Part shown: piece after piece, positions 57,265-64,000 of the stretch
Numbering within the stretch: the stretch's first letter is position 1
Layout: every line of letters starts with the position of its first letter
NCBI GenBank assembly: GCA_017651225.1
Contig: JAGCDF010000052.1
Coordinates: forward strand, 6,991-70,990
Length of the DNA: 64,000 nucleotides
Source of the DNA: Bacteroidales bacterium
GTDB lineage: Bacteria; Bacteroidota; Bacteroidia; Bacteroidales; UBA932
Reading direction: 5' to 3'
Position numbers and translations under genes: made by a program
Notes under the pieces: model-generated
Seen by the model: only the letters and a program-made list of their open reading frames with translations
Told to the model about the DNA's origin: nothing
The model's database searches: none

Positions 57265-57310
57265 TTTAAAATTTTATCCACATTTCCGGGCGTAAAGTTA
57301 TATATTTTTG
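57236..57310 (+). promoter_or_regulatory. PUL2 promoter with putative AraC-type tandem operator
   Basis: TCCAC at 57236, 57257 and 57277 (21- and 20-bp spacing), each followed by TTT; TATTTTTG at 57303-57310. Confidence 0.55.
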
Positions 57311-57394
57311 CGAAAAACCCGAACCATAGTAAAAATTAAGCCGAATTCATTTTCCTCATAATTATTACTTCATCATTAACTAAAACTCAAAAAA

Positions 57395-60300
57395 ATGTTG
57401 AAAAAAAAGCTGCAAATTGCAAAAGGCATCATCCTGATGCTCTGCGCTTTGTTCGTGAGTCTGGGTGCCTATGCCCAGAACCGCAGCATTAGCGGCAAGA
57501 TCGTCGACACGTCCGGACAACCGGTCATCGGCGCTGCTGTCACCGTGGTCGGCAACACCAGCATTGGTGCTGCGACAGACCTGGACGGTAACTTTACGCT
57601 GAGTGTCCCCGCCGGATCCAGCATCTCCATCGAGAGCATCGGCTACAAGGGCCAGACTCTCGTGGTCGGCAACCAGAGTGTCTTCAACGTCACCCTGGAG
57701 GACGACACCGAAATGCTCGAGGAGACCGTGGTCATCGGTTACGGTGTCCAGCGTAAGAGCGACATCACGGGCGCCATCGCTTCCGTGAAGGACTCCGACC
57801 TGGAGAACCGCACCGCCACCGACGTCGCCCAGGCCCTGCAGGGTAAGGCTGCCGGCGTCCAGATCGTGAACGCCTCCGGTGCCCCGGGTTCCGCCTCCTC
57901 CATCCAGATCCGTGGTTATTCCTCGAACTCCAGGACCACCCCGCTCATGATCGTGGACGGTCTGAAGGTCAACGACATCAGCTACCTCGATCCGGAGTCC
58001 ATCGCTTCCATCGAGATCCTGAAGGATGCCGCCTCTGCAGCTATCTATGGTGTCGAGGCTGGTAACGGTGTCGTGCTCGTCACCACGAAGTCCGGCCAGA
58101 AGGGTACCGGCCGTGTCTTCTACAACTTCCAGCACACGATTCAGAATGTCGCGCACCTGCCCGAGATGATGAACGCCAAGGAGTACATGGACTACATGGT
58201 GCTCGCCGGCGCTTCCACCGCGGAAGGTTTCGACTATGACGGCAAGACGGATACGCGCTGGACGGACTACATGCTCGAGACCGGCCATCAGCAGCGTCAC
58301 ACCATCGGCTTTGAGGGCGGTAACGACCGTGCCAAGTTCTACACCTCCCTCGCGTACACGAATAATAATGGTATCGTTAAGGGTGACAAGGATATCTTCC
58401 GCCGCATTGTCGGCCAGATCAACGCTGAGTACAAGATCAAGGATTGGCTGACCGTCGGTGTCAACACCACCATCGACCGCAGCGTCCGCCGTGCGGTTTC
58501 CGAGAGCTCCAGCATCTCCGAGTCCGTCATGGGCGCTATGTTCGTTCACGATCCTACCACCCCGTATATCTATGACGACAATGCCATCCCGGCCCGCGTC
58601 AAGAGCATGATTAACGACAAGCTTCCCCGCGATCCCGATGGCCATATCTACGGTATCTCCGCATTCAACGAGACTAGCTATATGTGGCACCCGCAGGCCA
58701 TCCTCGACCGTCAGGATACCGAGACGCAGAGCTTCCGCGTGCGCGGTACCGCGTATGTGAACCTGACGCCGGTCAAGGGACTGGTCATCACCTCCCGCTT
58801 CGGTTTCCAGGGTGGCTACAGCCACACCAACACCTACAACCATGAGGTGTACATCAGCTCGAAGACCAACCAGGCCATGTCCATCTCCGGTTCCACCAAC
58901 GACCGTCTCTACTATCAGTGGGAGAACTTCGCCAACTACACCAAGGCGTTTGGTCGTCACGAGATCACCGCGATGGCCGGTATGTCCTACCAGCAGACCA
59001 ACACGGACAACCTCCGTGCAAACGCGTACGTCCTTTCCAGCGACGACCCGAATTTCCGCTATCTGAACAACGCCGTGAACAACGCGAATATGTCTGTCGG
59101 CGGACAGCCGGAGGTCCGGGCCAATATGTCCTACTTCGGCCGTATCGGTTACTCCTATGACAACCGCTACTTCATCCAGGCCAACTTCCGTGCCGATGCG
59201 TACGACAGCTCCAAGCTCGACAAGACGCACCGCTGGGGCTATTTCCCCTCCGTGTCCGCCGGCTGGACCGTCAGCAACGAGGCCTTCATGCAGGGCGTCA
59301 AGTCTGCGCTGAGCCTGGACTTCCTCAAGCTCCGTGCTTCCTGGGGTGTCAACGGTAACGTGAACGCCCTCGGCGAGTACCAGTACGCTTCTTCCCTGGA
59401 GAGCTCCTCCAACTACGGTTACAACATGGACGGTACTTTCTTGGTCGGCGTCCGTCCGTCCAAGGTCCTCCCGAACCCGAACATCAAGTGGGAAACCTCC
59501 CGCCAGGTGGATGTCGGTCTCGATCTGCGTATGTTCAAGAACCGGCTCACCTTCTCCGTGGACTGGTACAACAAGAACACGCATGACCTGCTGACCAGCA
59601 CGACCGCTCCTGCCAACACCGGTGCTGAGACGGTCTATGTGAACGCCGGTCTCGTGAACAACCACGGTACCGAATTCGAACTGGGTTGGAAGGACACCGT
59701 CGGTGACTTCTCCTATAGCATCAGCGGCAACCTCTCCACGGTCCATAACAAAGTCGTCGAAGGCACTTCCAAGGACCGTGTCCCCGGCCAGAAGATCTGG
59801 AGCTCCTACGACGTGACCTACTTCGAGGAAGGCTACCCGCTGTGGTACCTCCGCACCTTCATGGTGGACCACATCGATCAGGCTACCGGCGCTGCTGTGT
59901 ACAAGGATTTCAACAACGATGGTGTGATCACTCCTGACGACCGCGACTTCGCCGGTAGCGGTATCCCTGACTTCACCTACGGTCTTACGCTGAACTTCGC
60001 CTGGAAGGGTCTCGACCTCCTCGTGCTGGGTGCCGGTTCCCAGGGCGCCGAGCTGCTCTACGCCGTGACGCGTGCTGACGCGCTGCAGCAGAATACGCTC
60101 CGTGCATTCTATGCAGACGCCTGGAAGAACCCTTCTTCCACTGGTTACAAGTATCCGAAGCCGGACAGCAGCGACAAGTTCTACCGCACGTCCAACCTGC
60201 GCGTCTATGACGCTTCCTTCTTCAAGATCAAGCAGATCCAGCTTGGTTATACCCTGCCTCGCAACCTCACCAAGAAAATCGCGATCAGCTCGCTGCGCGC

Positions 60301-60457
60301 TTATGTCTCTCTGGATGACTGGTTCACCTTCACGAAGTATCCCGGCCTCGATCCGGAGACCAGCCATGCCGGTTCCTCCGCCAGCGGTCTGGGTATCGAC
60401 TACGGTTCCTACCCGATCTCCAAGAAACTGGTCTTCGGTGTTAACGTTTCCTTCTAA
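57395..60457 (+). CDS. susC: SusC/RagA family TonB-dependent transporter
   Basis: Signal peptide, ILKDAASAAIYG...NGVVLVTTK plug motif, barrel ending VNVSF. Confidence 0.97.
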   Translation: MLKKKLQIAKGIILMLCALFVSLGAYAQNRSISGKIVDTSGQPVIGAAVTVVGNTSIGAATDLDGNFTLSVPAGSSISIESIGYKGQTLVVGNQSVFNVTLEDDTEMLEETVVIGYGVQRKSDITGAIASVKDSDLENRTATDVAQALQGKAAGVQIVNASGAPGSASSIQIRGYSSNSRTTPLMIVDGLKVNDISYLDPESIASIEILKDAASAAIYGVEAGNGVVLVTTKSGQKGTGRVFYNFQHTIQNVAHLPEMMNAKEYMDYMVLAGASTAEGFDYDGKTDTRWTDYMLETGHQQRHTIGFEGGNDRAKFYTSLAYTNNNGIVKGDKDIFRRIVGQINAEYKIKDWLTVGVNTTIDRSVRRAVSESSSISESVMGAMFVHDPTTPYIYDDNAIPARVKSMINDKLPRDPDGHIYGISAFNETSYMWHPQAILDRQDTETQSFRVRGTAYVNLTPVKGLVITSRFGFQGGYSHTNTYNHEVYISSKTNQAMSISGSTNDRLYYQWENFANYTKAFGRHEITAMAGMSYQQTNTDNLRANAYVLSSDDPNFRYLNNAVNNANMSVGGQPEVRANMSYFGRIGYSYDNRYFIQANFRADAYDSSKLDKTHRWGYFPSVSAGWTVSNEAFMQGVKSALSLDFLKLRASWGVNGNVNALGEYQYASSLESSSNYGYNMDGTFLVGVRPSKVLPNPNIKWETSRQVDVGLDLRMFKNRLTFSVDWYNKNTHDLLTSTTAPANTGAETVYVNAGLVNNHGTEFELGWKDTVGDFSYSISGNLSTVHNKVVEGTSKDRVPGQKIWSSYDVTYFEEGYPLWYLRTFMVDHIDQATGAAVYKDFNNDGVITPDDRDFAGSGIPDFTYGLTLNFAWKGLDLLVLGAGSQGAELLYAVTRADALQQNTLRAFYADAWKNPSSTGYKYPKPDSSDKFYRTSNLRVYDASFFKIKQIQLGYTLPRNLTKKIAISSLRAYVSLDDWFTFTKYPGLDPETSHAGSSASGLGIDYGSYPISKKLVFGVNVSF

Positions 60458-60469
60458 TACTGCAGCCAT

Positions 60470-62110
60470 ATGAAAAGAATTTTTATAGTCCTTACGATTG
60501 CGGCGCTTGTCCTGGCGGCAAGTTCCTGCCAGAAGAACCTCGATATCTCGCAGAAGAGTGTTCTCTCCACCGAGGATTACTACAAGAACGCCACCGCAGA
60601 AGAGGCGGAAGCGCTGATTGCCAGCATTTACCACCTGTACTGGGGCGGCCGTGACGTGACCTGCGTGAACGGCATCGAAAAGATCCTCTTCCTGAACTGC
60701 CTGGACGATGACCATTATCCCGGCGGCGGCTCCTTCTCGGATGCAACGAACCAGTACCAGGAGGCCGGCAGCTACAATGTCACCTCCGCCGACTTCGCTC
60801 CGAAGATTGTGTACAAGGGCGTTTACAGCGTTATGTACCATTGCAACCTGATTCTTGAGAAGATCCCGGTGTCCAACGACACCCGCATCAACCGCGTCAA
60901 GGCCGAGGCCAACTTCCTCCGCGCCCTGGCGATGTTCGACGCCGTGCGCTGGTGGGGTACTCCGCCCCTCCCGGACCACCTCCTCTCCCAGGATGAATAC
61001 TATCAGACCAACAATCCGACCAAGGATTCCATCGAGTGGATCCTCGCCCAGATGAAGGAAGCTGCCGAGCAGCTGCCCGCCATCTCCGGCAAGGGCCAGC
61101 AGGAAGCGTTCGGCGCCCGCATCTCCAAGCACGCTGCGCTCGCTTACCGCGGCAAAGTGGCTCTCTGGTATGGCCAGCGCTTCAATGACAGTGCTATCCT
61201 GGCCGAGGCCGTCAAGGACCTCAAGACCGTAATCGACTCCGGCCTCTACGGCCTTGTGTCCGACATGTTCATCATCGAGCGTCAGGCTGGCGACTTCTGC
61301 GAGGAGTACCTCTTCGAGCACAACTCCGGCGACAACGACGGTTTCCCTGGCGACCCTTCGAATGACCTTCGCCACACGTGGACCGGCTGGCCGAGCGGTA
61401 TCAATCTCCCGAAAGATTTCTTCGGCGGTTGGGGTTGGAACGCCGTGTCCAAGGAATTCGGCGAATTCCTGGCGCTGCACGAAGGCGGCACTGAGAAGCC
61501 GCGCTTCAAGTCCACCATCCACACCTACGAGCAGGTCCTTGACATGGATTATGCCCCTGGCGTGACTCCCGGCATGAAGGAGAACCAGGCAATTTACCAC
61601 AATGCCGGTTATTTCACCTTCCGTGGTCTGGGATGGCTCAGCGAGGCTTACGAGGGCACCAGCCCGCCCTTCTGGAAGTGGTATAAGGCCAACACCCCGA
61701 TGCTCCGCTATGCGGAAGTGCTCCTCCTCTACGCTGAGGCGAAGTTCCTTCTCGACAAAGATGCCGACGGCACTGGCCTGAAGGCCCTCAACGAGGTCCG
61801 TCGCCGCGCCCAGATCCCGGAACTCGCCTCCATGACCTACCAGGATATCAAGGACGAGCGCCGTGCCGAGCTCTTCTGTGAGCAGGAGCGCTTCTTCGAC
61901 CTGGTCCGTTGGGGTGACGCCCCGACCGTGCTCGCCAACAAGGGCAAGAAACTGTACAAGTTCCTCGGTTACAAGCCCGGTACCACGGAGTGGAATGTCG
62001 AGGTGACCGATGGCCCTGGCAAGGGCTGGCAGGACAAGTACGAATTCCTTCCGTTCCCGTTCGAGCAGATCTCTGCTAACCCGAACCTGAAGCAGAACCC
62101 CGGTTGGTGA
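60470..62110 (+). CDS. susD: SusD/RagB family lipoprotein
   Basis: Lipobox ASSC; AEANFLRA, LRYAEVLLLYAEA, ERRAELFCE...RFFDLVRWG and QNPGW motifs. Confidence 0.96.
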   Translation: MKRIFIVLTIAALVLAASSCQKNLDISQKSVLSTEDYYKNATAEEAEALIASIYHLYWGGRDVTCVNGIEKILFLNCLDDDHYPGGGSFSDATNQYQEAGSYNVTSADFAPKIVYKGVYSVMYHCNLILEKIPVSNDTRINRVKAEANFLRALAMFDAVRWWGTPPLPDHLLSQDEYYQTNNPTKDSIEWILAQMKEAAEQLPAISGKGQQEAFGARISKHAALAYRGKVALWYGQRFNDSAILAEAVKDLKTVIDSGLYGLVSDMFIIERQAGDFCEEYLFEHNSGDNDGFPGDPSNDLRHTWTGWPSGINLPKDFFGGWGWNAVSKEFGEFLALHEGGTEKPRFKSTIHTYEQVLDMDYAPGVTPGMKENQAIYHNAGYFTFRGLGWLSEAYEGTSPPFWKWYKANTPMLRYAEVLLLYAEAKFLLDKDADGTGLKALNEVRRRAQIPELASMTYQDIKDERRAELFCEQERFFDLVRWGDAPTVLANKGKKLYKFLGYKPGTTEWNVEVTDGPGKGWQDKYEFLPFPFEQISANPNLKQNPGW

Positions 62111-62140
62111 TACTAATTAGAAAAGTATTATATTTGTCGA

Positions 62141-63307
62141 ATGAGAATCAATGTATTAACCTCTTTTGCCCTCGCCGCGACGATGCTCGCGGCGTGCGGC
62201 ACCAACGCTCCGGCTCCGACCGTGACCGAACCGGTCAAGATCGAACCCGGTGAGCAGGCTCCGCTGGCCGACCCTGGCCAGAAGAATTTCGGTGGCATGG
62301 CCACGGGTGCTCCCCGCGACACCACTGGTATGGCTGAGCGCATGCGTCGCATGCGTGAAGAGCAGAACCGCATCCGCACCGTGCACTTCAACGATCTGTC
62401 GATGAGCGATCCGTTCATCTACCCGGATCCGGAGACGAAGACCTACTACCTGACCAGCTCCGGCGGCCGTCAGTACCGCAGCAAGGACCTCGTCATGTGG
62501 GAGGGCCCGTACAACGTGATCGACCTGACCGGCACCTGGTGCGAGAAGGCTGGCTTTGCCGCCGCCGCCGAGATCCACAAGATCGGTGACTACTATTACT
62601 ACGCCGGTACCTGGAGCGACCACAGCGACCTCATCCAGCAGGTCCCGCGCCGCTACAACGTGCCTCACAACCAGACTTATCTGCTCCGTTCCGAGAGCCC
62701 GGAAGGTCCGTTCGTGCCCTTCTCCGTCACGCCTGGCTATGATTACCAGCCGCGCGAGTGGGACTGCATCGACGGTACCCTTTACGAGGAGGACGGTCAC
62801 ATCTACATGATCTTCGTCCACGAGTGGACCCAGATCATCGACGGTACGATGGACTACATCGAGCTGTCCCAGGATCTGACCCACACCATCTCCCCTTGGC
62901 CTGTCACGATGTTCCGTGCTTCCGAGGCTCCTTCCTGCGGTGAAATGAACGGTCTGGGTGAAGCCACCTTCGGCCTCAAGATGCCGGGTTGGGTGACCGA
63001 CGGCCCGCAGATGTTCCGCACGAAGACCGGCCGCCTGGGTATGTTCTGGTCCACTTGGGGCAAGGAGCGTTACCTCCAGGAAGTTTGCTACTCCGAGTCC
63101 GGCACCATCGCCGGTCCGTGGGTGCAGGAACCGGAACCGTTCCTCGGAAACAACTCCGGTCACGGTATGCTGTTCCGTACCTTCGACGGTGAGCTCCGCT
63201 ATGTGGTGCATCACGTCGAGGGCAACGGTCCCCGCAAGCCGCAGTACTGGACGGTCGACGACTCCGGCGACAAGCTCAAGCTCGGCAAGCAGATTATCCT
63301 GAAATAA
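62141..63307 (+). CDS. GH43 family glycoside hydrolase lipoprotein
   Basis: Lipobox LAAC; SDPFI (base Asp), AEIH, IDGTL (pKa-modulating Asp), TDGP and GHGMLF five-bladed propeller motifs. Confidence 0.88.
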   Translation: MRINVLTSFALAATMLAACGTNAPAPTVTEPVKIEPGEQAPLADPGQKNFGGMATGAPRDTTGMAERMRRMREEQNRIRTVHFNDLSMSDPFIYPDPETKTYYLTSSGGRQYRSKDLVMWEGPYNVIDLTGTWCEKAGFAAAAEIHKIGDYYYYAGTWSDHSDLIQQVPRRYNVPHNQTYLLRSESPEGPFVPFSVTPGYDYQPREWDCIDGTLYEEDGHIYMIFVHEWTQIIDGTMDYIELSQDLTHTISPWPVTMFRASEAPSCGEMNGLGEATFGLKMPGWVTDGPQMFRTKTGRLGMFWSTWGKERYLQEVCYSESGTIAGPWVQEPEPFLGNNSGHGMLFRTFDGELRYVVHHVEGNGPRKPQYWTVDDSGDKLKLGKQIILK

Positions 63308-63348
63308 TCGACAGTATTTGGTTAAATAAATAGGTTCGAATTGTGGAG

Positions 63349-63379
63349 ACAGGAGGCATCCGTGAGGGTGCCTCCTGTT
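63349..63379 (+). terminator. Hairpin ending PUL2
   Basis: 13-bp stem acaggaggcatcc/gggtgcctcctgt with a GUGA tetraloop; weak U tract. Confidence 0.6.
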
Positions 63380-63444
63380 GCCATTAATTACCGGGGGCCT
63401 AATCCCCCGGACCCCCTGCGTCGCGTTGCTCCGACCTACCCTCA

Positions 63445-63498
63445 TCCGTCATTCGCCGGCTCCTTTCCGTCATTCGCCGGCCCCGACCGGCGAATCTC
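63445..63498 (+). repeat. CGTC-tagged REP-like palindrome with a partial tandem duplicate
   Basis: tccgtcattcgccggc occurs at 63445 and 63466; the second copy completes as attcgccgg-ccccga-ccggcgaat-ctc. Confidence 0.7.
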
Positions 63499-63503
63499 AC
63501 ACT

Positions 63504-63681
63504 GCCAGGGGCACCAGAGGCTATTTTTGCCCCGCGCAACGCAATATATTGTTCGCCAGGGGCAAATTCGTGCTATTTTGCCCCTGGGAGGATGCTGCCG
63601 GGCACAAAATGGGGTGCTGGTGTGCCCGGGAAACGAAAAAAAGGCGTCCCGGGAACAAATAAGGCTGTTTTTGTGCCCGGC
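63504..63681. repeat. Array of four 34-bp imperfect inverted-repeat units
   Basis: Units start at 63504, 63555, 63597 and 63648, each with 13-8-13 architecture. Confidence 0.7.
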
Positions 63682-63716
63682 CAGGACCCATTTCCGTCCG
63701 GTGCTTCCGGCAGAGT

Positions 63717-63771
63717 CGGCAGGGCTGCGACTGTCCAAGCAAAAAAATGCTTGTCCAGCCGCACCCTGCCG
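63717..63771. repeat. 55-bp imperfect palindrome
   Basis: Paired segments cggcaggg/ccctgccg, tgcg/cgca, ctg/cag and caagca/tgcttg around an A-rich loop. Confidence 0.6.
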
Positions 63772-63830
63772 CAAGCAATGAAGTGGAGAAAAATCGTTAT
63801 CTTTACAACACAATACGCTAAAACATCCAT

Positions 63831-64000
63831 ATGTCCGACATTAACCAGATTCTGGGAGAGTTGCGCCGTTTCAACGAGGAGCGCGACTGGGACCAGTTCC
63901 ATAATGGCAAAGACCTGGCGATTGCCATCTCCCTTGAGGCAAATGAACTCCTTGAGTGCTTCCTCTGGAAGTCTCCGGAGGATGCTAAGCCGGAGAAGAT
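63831..64000 (+). CDS. MazG-like nucleotide pyrophosphohydrolase, 3'-truncated by the window edge
   Basis: MSDINQILGELRRFNEERDWDQFHNGKDLAIAISLEANELLECFLWK contains the RDW.QFH...L...EA.ELLE motif. Confidence 0.85.
   Translation, partial: MSDINQILGELRRFNEERDWDQFHNGKDLAIAISLEANELLECFLWKSPEDAKPEK

Noticed and set aside
57380-61600. 1406-aa antisense ORF, and similar long shadow ORFs (7525-9834, 15032-17413, 24315-26480, 51325-53835)
   Set aside because: They mirror well-supported genes on the opposite strand, as expected from high GC3 codon bias, and contain no recognisable motifs.
57395-63307. Shifted codon usage in PUL2 (more GGT/CGT/GCT) as evidence of horizontal transfer
   Set aside because: It is equally consistent with high-expression bias of susC/susD genes, and no mobility genes flank the locus.
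63504-63681. CRISPR array interpretation of the 34-bp units
   Set aside because: Units are too divergent from each other, the gaps are only 8-17 bp, and no cas genes are in the window.

Overview
GC-rich Bacteroidota (Bacteroidales-type) chromosomal segment. The lineage call rests on SusC/SusD pairs, TAnnTTTG promoter elements and the trpB-E-G-D-C-F-A gene order; an RC9/Cryptobacteroides-like gut or rumen organism is a guess. In order, the window holds: two hypothetical genes; tRNA-Ser(GCT); an alkaline phosphatase and a GH92 mannosidase facing away from a SusR-like-regulated beta-1,3/1,6-glucan PUL (SusC, SusD, PKD lipoprotein, GH16, GH3, GH30); a C69 dipeptidase; pheS; a probable preQ1 riboswitch before yhhQ-queF; an SDR; aconitase and citrate synthase; a complete trp operon with a WWW leader peptide and attenuator; an S9 peptidase; a tryptophanase-family lyase; DUF554; a candidate stand-alone sRNA; a compact type II FAS/PKS-like operon (long ACP, FabZ, CLF-like, KS, KR, lipocalin-like lipoprotein) converging on a TolC-HlyD-ABC-nitroreductase-MBL hydrolase operon; an OMP; a DPP-IV-like peptidase; a plug-only TonB protein; a kinase-less HTCS-like regulator with a second PUL (SusC, SusD, GH43); a repeat-rich intergenic region; and a partial MazG-like gene. 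Most notable observations: (1) the small type II PKS-like biosynthesis and export cluster; (2) the same 27-bp palindromic repeat translated inside two unrelated proteins (GH92 and TrpC); (3) an identical AT-rich 15-mer in both PULs that is complementary to both susC leaders, suggesting a 3'-derived sRNA; (4) recurrent near-leaderless genes; (5) four 34-bp 13-8-13 inverted-repeat units. All calls were made by eye; no searches or folding programs were run.
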